This document shows, piece by piece, positions 20,918-30,138 of a DNA stretch of 64,000 nt. Each line of letters opens with the position of its first letter. Position 1 is the stretch's first letter. The position numbers and the translations under genes were made by a program. The notes beneath the pieces are model-generated. The model did not search any database and was not told the DNA's origin. It was given only the letters and a program-made list of their open reading frames with translations. This stretch comes from Thermoanaerobaculia bacterium. GTDB taxonomy: Bacteria; Acidobacteriota; Thermoanaerobaculia; UBA5066; Gp7-AA6. The DNA is taken from NCBI GenBank assembly GCA_035263845.1, contig DATFQY010000005.1, positions 6,770-70,769 of the forward strand, read 5' to 3'.

Positions 20918-22569
20918 TCGCGGCGACCGCCGTCTTCCTGCTCGCACAGACTACCGCCGCAATGACGGAGCCCGCCGACCTCGTTCTCGTCTCGGGAAGA
21001 GTCTGGACCGGCGATCCGTCCCGGCCGGAGGCCCAGGCGATCGCCGTCCGCGGCGGCCGGATCGTCGCGGTCGGATCCGACGCCGAGGTCCGCAAGCTCC
21101 AGGGCCCGAAGACGCGGGTGGTCGACGCCGGCGGACGTCGAGTCGTGCCCGGCTTCATCGACTGCCACACCCACATGACGATGGGCGGCTTCAACCTCCT
21201 CGCGGTGGACCTGCGGCACACGAAAGACGAGGCCGACTTCACGAGGCAGCTCGCGGAGTTCGCCCGCACGCGGCCGCCCGGGCAGTGGATCACCGACGGC
21301 GCGTGGGACGAGCAGCAGTGGGCGGTCCCGCGGCTGCCGACCCGCGCGCTCCTGGATCCCGCGACGGGAGACCGGCCCGTCTGCCTCTCCCGCCAGGACG
21401 GACACATGATGGTCTGCAACAGCCTGGCGCTGAAGCTCGCGAAGATCGGGCGCAGCACGCCCGATCCTCCCGGTGGCGTCATCGTCCGGGACTCCTCCGG
21501 CGAGCCGACCGGCGTGCTGAAGGACGCGGCGATGGACGCGATTTCCGCGGTTCGCCCGCTGCGGACTCAGGCCGAGATCGCCGAGGCGCTGCGGGCGGCC
21601 GTCCGGCACGCCGCGGTCAACGGCGTCACGTCGGTCCAGGATCTTCCCGGCGGCCCGGGCGACCTGGAGGGCTGGGAGAAGCTGCGGGCGGCCGGCGAGC
21701 TGACCGTGCGGGTCAACTACCGCCCGTCGCTCACGCGCTGGGAGGAAGCCCGCGACCGCCGCGCCTCGATGAAGAACGACGACTGGCTCAAGGTCGGCGG
21801 GGTCAAGGGATTCGCCGACGGCTCGCTCGGCTCCGGAACCGCGCTCTTCTTCGAGCCCTTCACGGACGAGCCCGGAAACTCGGGAGTCTTCGCCGCCGAG
21901 GCGATCCCGCTCTCGAAGATGGAGGAGCGCGTCGCCGCGGCCGATCGCGCCGGGCTGCAGGTCGAGATCCACGCCATCGGCGACCGCGCGAACTTCGAGA
22001 TCCTGTCGCTCTTCGAGCGGGTCGCGAAGGCCAACGGCCCGAAGGACCGCCGGTTCCGAATCGAGCACGTCCAGCACCTCCGGCCCGCCGACGTCCCGCG
22101 CTTCGGCAGGCTCGGCGTCGTCGCCTCGATGCAGCCCTACCACTCCATCGACGACGGCCGTTGGGCGGAGAAACGGATCGGGCGCGAGCGGTGCAAGACG
22201 TCCTACGCCTACCGCTCGCTCCTCGATTCGGGCTCGAAGCTCGTCTTCGGATCGGACTGGGACGTAGCGCCGCTTTCGCCGATCGCGGGGATCGACGCCG
22301 CCGTGACGCGCCGCACGATCGACGGAAAGAACCCGAAGGGCTGGTACCCGGAGCAGCGCATCCGCGTCGACGAGGCCCTGCGCGCCTACACCTCGGACGC
22401 AGCCTGGGCGGCCTTCGAGGAGAAAGAGAAGGGCACGCTGACGACCGGAAAGCTCGCGGACTTCGTCCTCCTCTCCGCCGATCCGCTCTCCATCGACCCG
22501 GCGCAGATCGAGAAGGTCGCCGTCGTGACGACCGTCGTGGGCGGCCGCGTCGTCTACCAGAGTCCTTAG
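20914..22569 (+). CDS. Amidohydrolase-family metal-dependent hydrolase with an N-terminal signal peptide.
   Basis: Metal-binding HxH (IDCHTHM) after a signal-like N-terminus. 551 aa. The start overlaps the ppdK stop. Confidence 0.8.
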
Positions 22570-22641
22570 TCCGTAGTCCTTTGTCCCTGGTCGGGGCGCC
22601 GACTTAGACTAGGACCAAGCACTGAGGACGAAGGACCAGCA
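22570..22641. repeat. GTCC/GGAC-rich imperfect palindromic element in the amidohydrolase-mutL spacer.
   Basis: AGTCCTTAGTCCGTAGTCCTTTGTCCCTGGTC, then GGGGCGCC, then GACTTAGACTAGGACCAAGCACTGAGGACGAAGGACCAGC. The arms are partly complementary, with four GTCC units facing three GGAC units. Confidence 0.35.
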
Positions 22642-24366
22642 TTGGCCAAGATCCACCGCCTCGCGAGCGACGTCATCGACCGCATCGCCGCGGGCGAGGT
22701 CGTCGAGAAGCCCGCCTCCGTCGTCAAGGAGCTCGTGGAGAACGCGCTCGACGCCGGCGCGACCCGCATCGACGTGGACCTGGAAGGCGGAGGGATCGAG
22801 AAGATCCTGGTGCGGGACGACGGCTGCGGGATGTCGGCCGAGGACGCCCGGCTGGCCGTGGAGCGGCACGCGACGTCCAAGATCTCGACCGACGAGGACC
22901 TGACCGGCATCCGGAGCTACGGCTTCCGCGGCGAGGCGCTTCCTTCGATCGCCTCGGTCTCGAAGCTGACCCTGACGACGTCCGACGGCGCGAGCCCGGA
23001 GGCGGTTCGCCTTCGCCTCGAGTACGGCGGAGCGCCGTCGGAGGAGCCCGCCGCGAGGCCGCGCGGGACCGACGTCCTCGTCGAGGGGCTCTTCGCCCAC
23101 ACCCCCGCGCGCCGCAAGTTCCTGTCCAAGCCCGAGGTCGAGGGCCGCGCCGCCGCGGCCGCGGTGACGAAGGCGGCCCTGGCCAACCCCTCGGTCGCCT
23201 TCACGCTGCGGTCGAGCGGCCGGGAGCTTCTCGAAGCGCCGTCCGCCGTGGACCGGGCCGCGCGCATCCTCCAGGTCTTCGGACAGGAGACCCTCGGGGA
23301 GCTCGAGGAGTTCGAGGCCCGCTCCGGCGCGCTGCGGATCTCCGGCTTCACGACGCGCGGCTCGACGACCTTTCCCAGCCGGCGGTTCCAGTACGTCTTC
23401 GTCAACGGCCGGCCGATCGAGGACCGCTCGCTGACCCGAGCCATCGGCCAGGCTTCCCGGGAGGCGATTCGCACCGACCGCCATCCCGCCGCGTTCCTGT
23501 TCCTGGCCGCCGACGGCGGAATCGTGGACGTCAACGTCTCGCCCGCGAAGACCATGGTCCGCTTCGCCGACGCGGGGACCGCCTACCGCCTCGTCTATCA
23601 CGCGCTTCTCTCCGCGCTGCTCGCGGGAAAAGAGGAGCGGCGGTTGAAGCCCGTGCCCTTCGAAGACACCCTCGCCGAGCCGTCGGAGCCTTACGCGGAA
23701 GCCCCCTCGGATTCCGCCGCCCGCCCGACGCCGACGGTCGCGCGGGTTCCCGCTCCGCAGGCGCCGCCCCCGGCGCCGGCGGAAAGACGGCCGCCGGAGA
23801 TGGTCGCGATCGGGCAGCACCGCGAGTCCTTCATCCTCGCTTCGGGGCCCGAGGGGCTGCTGATCATCGACCAGCACGCCGCCCACGAGAGAATCCTCTA
23901 CGAGAGAATCCGGGACCGCATCGGCTCGGGCCGGGTGCTCTCCCAGAAGCTCCTATTGCGTGCCCTCTTCGAAGCCACGCCGGAGGAGGCGGAAACCCTC
24001 GCCTCCGCGTTCGCCGACTTATCGGCCGCGGGCTTCGAGGTCGAGCCGATGTCCGGGCGATCCTGGGCGATCGCCGCGCTGCCGGCGGAAGCCACGGACC
24101 GCGAGCCCGCGGAGACCCTGCGTGAGGTGCTGGCGGCGCTGGGTGAGCCGGGGAGCTCGGAGACCGTTGCCCGGCGCGACCGGATGGCGGCGAGCCTGGC
24201 CTGCCGGTCGGCCGTGACGATCCGCTACCACCTGGCGCCGGAGGAAATCCGGCGCCTGCTCGCCGACTGGATCAAGACGGCCGACCGCTTCACCTGCCCG
24301 CACGGCCGCCCCGTCGTCCTGTCGATGACCGAGGAAGAGCTCGAAAAGTACTTCAAGCGGCGATGA
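22642..24366 (+). CDS. mutL: DNA mismatch repair protein MutL.
   Basis: GHKL ATPase N-terminus (ELVENALDAGAT, DDGCGM) and a MutL C-terminal dimerisation domain. TTG start. Confidence 0.9.
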   Translation: MAKIHRLASDVIDRIAAGEVVEKPASVVKELVENALDAGATRIDVDLEGGGIEKILVRDDGCGMSAEDARLAVERHATSKISTDEDLTGIRSYGFRGEALPSIASVSKLTLTTSDGASPEAVRLRLEYGGAPSEEPAARPRGTDVLVEGLFAHTPARRKFLSKPEVEGRAAAAAVTKAALANPSVAFTLRSSGRELLEAPSAVDRAARILQVFGQETLGELEEFEARSGALRISGFTTRGSTTFPSRRFQYVFVNGRPIEDRSLTRAIGQASREAIRTDRHPAAFLFLAADGGIVDVNVSPAKTMVRFADAGTAYRLVYHALLSALLAGKEERRLKPVPFEDTLAEPSEPYAEAPSDSAARPTPTVARVPAPQAPPPAPAERRPPEMVAIGQHRESFILASGPEGLLIIDQHAAHERILYERIRDRIGSGRVLSQKLLLRALFEATPEEAETLASAFADLSAAGFEVEPMSGRSWAIAALPAEATDREPAETLREVLAALGEPGSSETVARRDRMAASLACRSAVTIRYHLAPEEIRRLLADWIKTADRFTCPHGRPVVLSMTEEELEKYFKRR

Positions 24367-24374
24367 ATCGCTGA

Positions 24375-25007
24375 CTAGCTGCTCCGCGGCGGCATCCCGA
24401 TTCCTGACTCGTGCTCCTGGCGCTTGCGTCGGATGTGGGAGATGACCAGCACGAGGCCGAGCAGGATCAGGGCGAGCGGCCCGCCCCACTCCTCCATGAA
24501 CGACCAGTCGATGACGATGTAGCGGTCGAGGATCCAGAGCACGCCGATCCCGACGAGGATCACGCCCCACGTCAGCCCGCCCGTCCCCTCGGCCTTGCGC
24601 AGCTGCGCCGCCGGAGCGAAGCCGCTCTCCGCGACGGAGCCGCGGTTGATCGCCTTGGCCTGCCTCACCGCGTCGATGATCGCGAAGAACCACACGAAGG
24701 CGGTGGCCGGGCCCGAGAGCGCCGCCATGCGGCCGTGCGAGTTGAAGGCGATCAGGATGCAGAACGCCGCGGCGAAGCCGAACGCTCTCTGGTAGAGGCC
24801 CAGGTATAGGTGCCCGAGGCCCGGGAAGATCGAAAGGAATCCCGCCAGCCCCGCCGACTTCTGCTCGACGAAGACGGGCGCCGTCACGGCCGGGGCCGAG
24901 ACCGGGGCCGGTGGCGGCGGAGGCGGTGGAACGGCCGGGGGAGGCGGAACCGAGGCGTTCTGATCCATTGCTCTTTGCTCCTCTTGTGGCGGCTTCAGGC
25001 CCGCCAC
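24375..25007 (-). CDS. Polytopic membrane protein with a Pro-rich N-terminus; last gene of the ECF sigma operon.
   Basis: Four hydrophobic helices after a PPPPAVPPPPPPPAP segment. It overlaps the anti-sigma stop by 13 nt; the start may instead be the internal Met at 24968. Confidence 0.5.
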   Translation of the reverse strand: MAGLKPPQEEQRAMDQNASVPPPPAVPPPPPPPAPVSAPAVTAPVFVEQKSAGLAGFLSIFPGLGHLYLGLYQRAFGFAAAFCILIAFNSHGRMAALSGPATAFVWFFAIIDAVRQAKAINRGSVAESGFAPAAQLRKAEGTGGLTWGVILVGIGVLWILDRYIVIDWSFMEEWGGPLALILLGLVLVISHIRRKRQEHESGIGMPPRSS

Positions 25008-25795
25008 ACTTCAGTCCGGGTTTCCTCTTTCCGGAGGTACCCCTTCTCCTCTCCGTTCTTGCCGCGGGAAGGAGGAGGCTGCGATTCGGTTTTCATGACG
25101 AGCTGGATGGCCCGCGAGATGGCGGCGCGCCCGTAGCCGGTCACGTGGCCCTTCCAGACGGCGAGCCTGCGCACCGCGTCTTCCTCGAACGCGCCGATGC
25201 GGTCGCCGAGCGACCGTCCGGCCGTTTCCGCGGACATCTTCGCGGTCTCTTCGAGCCGCGCGACGCCCGCCTTACGCGCGAGATCCGCCGGGTTGAAGCC
25301 GGTCAGCATGACGACGACCGCGGCGGCGTAAGCGAGCGCGATGGCTCCCTTCGGGTTGGCGACTAAGCGCCAGATCGAGGCGCGCGGCTTCTTCTCGGGA
25401 CGGCTCGCCGCCAGGCGGCCTAGGACCCACGGCGCCGGCGCCGGAGCGGCCAGGCCGCGCGCGTCCGCCAGGACGCCGGCGGCCTCGGCGCACGCCTCGC
25501 AGCGCGAGCGGTGAAAGGCCAGGCGCTCGCCGTCCGCCGCGGAGATCTCTCCCTCGAGCTCCGCCGCCGCGAGCAGGTCCGCCGCCTCGCAGTCCACCGT
25601 CCGCGAGGGGATGGCCTGGAGCGAGGCGATGAAGAACCGCGAGGCCTCCGGGGTTCGGAGCGTCGAGAAGATCCGCGCCGCCGAGTCGAGGTCGTTTCCG
25701 AGCGCCGCGCAGGAAGGGCAGCCGGCCCGGTGGGCGCGGGCCTCCTCCTCGGGAGCGCCGGCGACGAACAGCCGCTCGAGCTCGCCGCAGCTCAT
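24995..25795 (-). CDS. Anti-sigma factor with zinc-finger motifs and a TM helix.
   Basis: An N-terminal CPSC and HRSRCEAC (zf-HC2-like) followed by a central TM segment. The start overlaps the sigma stop (4 nt). Confidence 0.6.
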   Translation of the reverse strand: MSCGELERLFVAGAPEEEARAHRAGCPSCAALGNDLDSAARIFSTLRTPEASRFFIASLQAIPSRTVDCEAADLLAAAELEGEISAADGERLAFHRSRCEACAEAAGVLADARGLAAPAPAPWVLGRLAASRPEKKPRASIWRLVANPKGAIALAYAAAVVVMLTGFNPADLARKAGVARLEETAKMSAETAGRSLGDRIGAFEEDAVRRLAVWKGHVTGYGRAAISRAIQLVMKTESQPPPSRGKNGEEKGYLRKEETRTEVWRA

Positions 25796-26400
25796 ACGAA
25801 TGCCCCCGCCACGGCCGCGATCGACGCGAACGTGCCGCCGGAGCTTTCGCGGCGCTCGCGGATCTTCCTCGCGACCTCCGCGCGCGCCCGGAAGAGGCGC
25901 GACTTGACCGTCCCGTCCGGCAGCGCCAGCGCCTGCCCGATCTCCTCATAGGCCATGCCGTCGAGGTCGCGCAGGACCAGGATCTCGGCGAGGTCCTCGG
26001 GGATCTCGGCCAGCGCCGAGAAGAGCAGCTTGGTGCGCTCCTTCTGGAGGGTCTCCGCAGCGGGATCGTCCTGCGAGGTCAAGAGCGGCGCGACCGCGTC
26101 GTCGGAGACGAAGCGGAAGGACTTTTCGCGCTTGCGCCGCCGGTAGCGGTCGATGCAGAGGTTGCGCGAGAGCGACACGATCCAGGCGACCAGGGGGAAG
26201 CCGCCGTCGTAGCGGTGGAGGTTCTCGAAGATCTTCAGGAAGATCTCCTGAGCCAGCTCCTCGGCGTCCTCCCGCTTCAGCGTGAAGTGGTAGGCGACCG
26301 AGTAGATCTTCTGGCCGAAACGGTCCACCAGCTCCCTCCAGGCCTCGTCTTCCCCCCGCCGGCACCGCTCGACGAGGGCTTTTTCCTCGGTGCCGTTCAT
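25792..26400 (-). CDS. ECF-type RNA polymerase sigma factor (sigma-70 family group 4).
   Basis: Sigma region 2 (YSVAYHFTLKREDAEELAQEIFLKIF) and region 4 (LRDLDGMAYEEIGQALALPDGTVKSRLFRAR). Confidence 0.85.
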   Translation of the reverse strand: MNGTEEKALVERCRRGEDEAWRELVDRFGQKIYSVAYHFTLKREDAEELAQEIFLKIFENLHRYDGGFPLVAWIVSLSRNLCIDRYRRRKREKSFRFVSDDAVAPLLTSQDDPAAETLQKERTKLLFSALAEIPEDLAEILVLRDLDGMAYEEIGQALALPDGTVKSRLFRARAEVARKIRERRESSGGTFASIAAVAGAFV

Positions 26401-26416
26401 GGGTTCACCCCCACAA

Positions 26417-26441
26417 AACGCACTTGCGGGACAAAAGTTCG
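26417..26441 (-). promoter_or_regulatory. Candidate autoregulated ECF-type promoter (GAACTT-N14-CGTT, that is AAC-N16-CGT) about 20 nt upstream of the sigma start.
   Basis: The minus strand reads tGAACTTttgtcccgcaagtgCGTTttgtgggggtgaacccATG. Spacing and motifs match the common ECF -35/-10 consensus. Confidence 0.3.
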
Positions 26442-26448
26442 CAGGGGG

Positions 26449-27822
26449 TCAGGGGCCGCCACGGCGCCTTCCGCCCCGGCGGCGCCGGTGCCGGCGGCCC
26501 GCGGGAGCGGCCGGGGGAGGCTGGCCGTGCGCCGCGATGAAGGCCTGCCGGGACTTCTCCAGCCGGGCCGCCAGGGCCCGCCATTCCCGGACCAGGTCAT
26601 CCCCCCGGCCCGTGGCCATGGCCCGGAGCTCGAAGAGCTCGAGGGCCGTCGGGAAGGCCTCGCGGAAGGCGAGGCGGGGAGTGGCCATGCGCGAATCCGG
26701 CCGGTGGGACAGCTTCCCCACGATCGCGAGCGACTGCTTGATCCGGTGAGTCACGGCGTGGGGAAGGGACATCCGGATACCGATCGGCGTGACGAGGTCC
26801 TCGAGCAGGCCCCCCAGCAGTCCCGGCGACGGATCGCCGTCGGGGGCGAGCGAGCGCAGCCGCGCCCGCACGATCGGAAGGAAGAACAGGGCGAACAGCA
26901 CCGCGTCCTCGAAGGTCCGGCCGCGCCGCCTCTCCGCGTCGAGAACGTCGAGGAGGGCCCAGAAGAGGTGCCCCGTGCCGTGGGGGTGCTCGGGGTCCGC
27001 CTCGCGCAGGACGTCGGCGAGCTCCGGCAGGAGGACGTCCAGGAGCCCGACCTCGCGCAGCAGCAGGAACGTCGTCAGCGCGTGCCCGCCCTTGAGCGAC
27101 TGCGACAGCTCCTCGGTGACCCTGGGCGGTGCGGACTTGATGATCTCGCGCCGGTGGTCGAGGATCGCCTCGTAGGCGTCGGGCGTGATCGCAAAGCCCA
27201 GCCGGCTGGCGAACTCCACGGCACGCATCATCCGGACCGGGTCCTCGCGGAATCGGATGTCCGGGTCGCCGATCGTCCGGACGAGGCCCGCCTCGAGGTC
27301 CTCGAGGCCGCCGACGTAATCGATCACTGAGTAGTCGGCGATGTTGTAGAAGAGCCCGTTGATCGTGAAGTCGCGGCGCAGGGCATCCTCGCGCGCCGTG
27401 CCGAAGACGTTGTCGGAGGTCATCAGCAGCTCCGGCGCGTCGGGGTCGAGCGGTTCCGGGCGGCGGCGGAACGTCGCGACCTCGATGACTTTCCCCTCGG
27501 CGAAGAGGATGTGCGCGAGGCGGAAGCGCCGGCCGATCAGGCGGCAGTTGCGGAAGAGCCTCCGGACCGCCTGGGGGTGAGCGTCGGTCCCGATGTCGAA
27601 GTCCTTCGGCACCCGTCCGAGAAGGAGGTCCCGGACGCTGCCGCCGACGAGGTACGCCTTGTACCCGGCGCTGGAGAGCCGGTAGAGGACCTTCAGGGCG
27701 TCCGGGTCGATTTGCCGCCGGGAGATTGGGTGCTCGCTGCGCGGCCGGATGCGCGGCGGGGTCTCCGCTGGACTTTCGATGGGGGTTTCCGTGGCCTCCG
27801 ACGCCGAAGTCGTATCGCTAAT
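26449..27822 (-). CDS. pcnB: Poly(A) polymerase / tRNA nucleotidyltransferase family protein (PcnB-like) with a non-canonical start codon.
   Basis: The conserved N-terminus PRSEHPISRRQIDPDALKVLYRLSSAGYKAYLVGGSVRDLLLGRVPKDFD includes the GGxVRD catalytic motif. It is encoded in frame upstream of the first canonical start (GTG 27612), with no ATG/GTG/TTG back to the stop at 27937-27939. In-frame ATT codons sit at 27822, 27870 and 27882. The 5' end is given at the first ATT. Confidence 0.8.
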   Translation of the reverse strand: MSDTTSASEATETPIESPAETPPRIRPRSEHPISRRQIDPDALKVLYRLSSAGYKAYLVGGSVRDLLLGRVPKDFDIGTDAHPQAVRRLFRNCRLIGRRFRLAHILFAEGKVIEVATFRRRPEPLDPDAPELLMTSDNVFGTAREDALRRDFTINGLFYNIADYSVIDYVGGLEDLEAGLVRTIGDPDIRFREDPVRMMRAVEFASRLGFAITPDAYEAILDHRREIIKSAPPRVTEELSQSLKGGHALTTFLLLREVGLLDVLLPELADVLREADPEHPHGTGHLFWALLDVLDAERRRGRTFEDAVLFALFFLPIVRARLRSLAPDGDPSPGLLGGLLEDLVTPIGIRMSLPHAVTHRIKQSLAIVGKLSHRPDSRMATPRLAFREAFPTALELFELRAMATGRGDDLVREWRALAARLEKSRQAFIAAHGQPPPAAPAGRRHRRRRGGRRRGGP

Positions 27823-27958
27823 CTGGGTTCTCCTCCGCCGCGGCGCGACCGAACGTATTCTATCCGAAATGCTTGTCGGAATTGATCTTTTGACTTTTCT
27901 TCGGGCTCTGCGAAAGAATAGCCCGTTTTCCGGGAATCACCCTCGAGGAGGCGATGCG

Positions 27959-29116
27959 ATGAGGTTGCGCTCGTTGGTCTGGGCCGCGGCGGCGGCGATG
28001 GTCCTGTCCGCCGGCGGCTGCGGCAAGGGTCGAACCACGGATGAGATCCGGGTCGGGGAATACAGCTCCCTGACCGGCACCACGGCGACATTCGGGCAGT
28101 CCACGCACAACGCCATCACGATGGCCTACGACGAAGTCAACGCCGCGGGAGGCGTGCTCGGGCGAAAGATCAAGGTCTTCGTGGAGGACGACCAGTCCAA
28201 GCCCGAGGAGGCCGCGACGGCCGCCACGAAGCTGATCAACCAGAACCACGTGGTCGCGCTGCTCGGTGAAGTCGCCTCCTCCCGGTCGCTCGCGGCGGCG
28301 CCGATCTGCCAGGCCAACTCGATCCCGATGGTCTCCCCGTCCTCGACCAACCCGCGCGTCACGCAGACGGGCGACTACATCTTCCGCGTCTGCTTCATCG
28401 ACCCGTTCCAGGGCGGCGTCATGGCGAGGTTCGCCGCCGAGACCCTGAAGTTCAAGCGGGTCGCGATCCTCGTGGACGTCCGCAACGACTACTCCATCGG
28501 CCTCCAGACATTCTTCCGCGAGAACTTCAAGCGGCTGGGCGGCACGATCGTCTCGGAGCAGTCCTACAGCGAGGGGGACTCGGACTTCCACGCGCAGCTG
28601 ACCCAGATCAAGTCGGCCAACCCCGAGGCGATCTACGTGCCCGGCTACTACACGGAGGTCGGCACGATCGCGCGGCAGGCCCGGGAGCTCGGCATCCCCT
28701 CGACGGTCCCCCTGATGGGCGGCGACGGCTGGGATTCCCCGAGGCTCTGGGAGATCGGCGGCGAGGCCCTGAACGGCTGCTACTTCTCCAACCACTACTC
28801 GACGGACAACCCCTCGCCCGTCGTCCAGAAGTTCGTCAAGGACTACCGGGACAAGTACAAGCAGACCCCGGACGCCCTGGCGGCCCTGGGCTACGACGCC
28901 GCCAAGATCCTGGCCGACGCGATCCAGCGGGCCGGATCCACCGACGGACCCAAGGTGCGCGATGCGCTGGCCGCCACGAAGGACTTCCAGGGCGTGACCG
29001 GCAAGATCTCCGTCAACTCGGACCGCAACGCGGTCAAGCCCGCGGTCATCCTCAAAGTCGAGAACGGCAAGTACGTCTACGCCGCCACGGTCAATCCCGA
29101 AGACGTGAAGATGTAA
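27959..29116 (+). CDS. livK: Branched-chain amino acid ABC transporter substrate-binding lipoprotein (LivK/LivJ family).
   Basis: RBS GAGGAG, then the signal peptide and lipobox MRLRSLVWAAAAAMVLSAGGC. Periplasmic binding protein type I fold. Confidence 0.85.
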   Translation: MRLRSLVWAAAAAMVLSAGGCGKGRTTDEIRVGEYSSLTGTTATFGQSTHNAITMAYDEVNAAGGVLGRKIKVFVEDDQSKPEEAATAATKLINQNHVVALLGEVASSRSLAAAPICQANSIPMVSPSSTNPRVTQTGDYIFRVCFIDPFQGGVMARFAAETLKFKRVAILVDVRNDYSIGLQTFFRENFKRLGGTIVSEQSYSEGDSDFHAQLTQIKSANPEAIYVPGYYTEVGTIARQARELGIPSTVPLMGGDGWDSPRLWEIGGEALNGCYFSNHYSTDNPSPVVQKFVKDYRDKYKQTPDALAALGYDAAKILADAIQRAGSTDGPKVRDALAATKDFQGVTGKISVNSDRNAVKPAVILKVENGKYVYAATVNPEDVKM

Positions 29117-29214
29117 TTGGGGTCGTTCTTGAAACGGCCGGAACACCAGGAGCCGGGGCCGCGTCCCCGGCTCTTTGAATGTCGACTGCCGACTGTAGAC
29201 TGTCGACTTCGTTC

Positions 29215-30138
29215 ATGACCACCTTCCTCCAGCAGCTCGTCAACGGCCTGTCCCTCGGGTCGATCTATGCCCTGATCGCCCTGGGCTACACGATGGTCTA
29301 CGGGGTCCTGCGCCTGATCAACTTCGCCCACGGCGATGTCTACATGGTCGGCGCCTACGTCGGCTATTACCTCTCGAGGAAGTTGCAGGGGAGGGAGCCG
29401 TCCTTCGTGTCGGCCCTTCTCGTCATGCTCGGCGCGATGGTGGCGTGCGCGATCCTGGGCCTCATCATCGAGCGGCTGGCGTACCGGCCGGTGCGACGCG
29501 CCTCGCGGCTGACTCTTCTCATCACGGCGATCGGCGTCTCACTCTTTATCGAGAACGTCGCCCAGCTCGACGTCCGGCGCTACCTCCCCGACTGGATCTT
29601 CGGGCCGGACCCGAAGTTCTTCCCGTCGCTCGCCCCGCACTACGAATTCGTCGTCAGCGGGGTCCACCTGACGAGCGAGCAGCTGACTGTGATCGGAGTT
29701 TCCTTTCTGCTGATGATCCTCCTGCGCTTCTTCATCATGAAGACGAAGACCGGCAAGGCGATGCGCGCCCTGTCTTTCAACCTCGACGCGGCCAAGCTGA
29801 TGGGGATCTCGACGGACTGGATCATTGCCGTGACGTTCGCGCTGGGATCGGCGCTGGCCGCCGCGGGCGGGGTCCTCATCGGTATGCAAATCCCGAAGAT
29901 CGACCCGCTGATGGGGATCATCTACGGCCTGAAGGCTTTCGTGGCCGCGGTCCTCGGCGGGATCGGCAACGTCCCGGGAGCGGTCCTCGGCGGGATGCTC
30001 ATCGGCACCTCGGAGGTCATGGTCGTCGGCTACCTCTCCTCGACTTACCGCGATGCCATCGCCTTCGGGATCCTCATCCTCGTCCTGCTGCTTCGTCCGC
30101 AGGGGATCCTCGGCCGTGTCCAGAAGGAAAAGGTGTGA
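29215..30138 (+). CDS. livH: Branched-chain amino acid ABC transporter permease LivH.
   Basis: The N-terminus MTTFLQQLVNGLSLGSIYALIALGYTMVYG is typical of LivH. The start could be 29179. Confidence 0.85.
   Translation: MTTFLQQLVNGLSLGSIYALIALGYTMVYGVLRLINFAHGDVYMVGAYVGYYLSRKLQGREPSFVSALLVMLGAMVACAILGLIIERLAYRPVRRASRLTLLITAIGVSLFIENVAQLDVRRYLPDWIFGPDPKFFPSLAPHYEFVVSGVHLTSEQLTVIGVSFLLMILLRFFIMKTKTGKAMRALSFNLDAAKLMGISTDWIIAVTFALGSALAAAGGVLIGMQIPKIDPLMGIIYGLKAFVAAVLGGIGNVPGAVLGGMLIGTSEVMVVGYLSSTYRDAIAFGILILVLLLRPQGILGRVQKEKV

Noticed and set aside
24375-25007. Pro-rich membrane protein as a second anti-sigma factor or RIP protease.
   Set aside because: No zinc-finger, HExxH or other catalytic motif is present; it is only a polytopic membrane protein, left as hypothetical.
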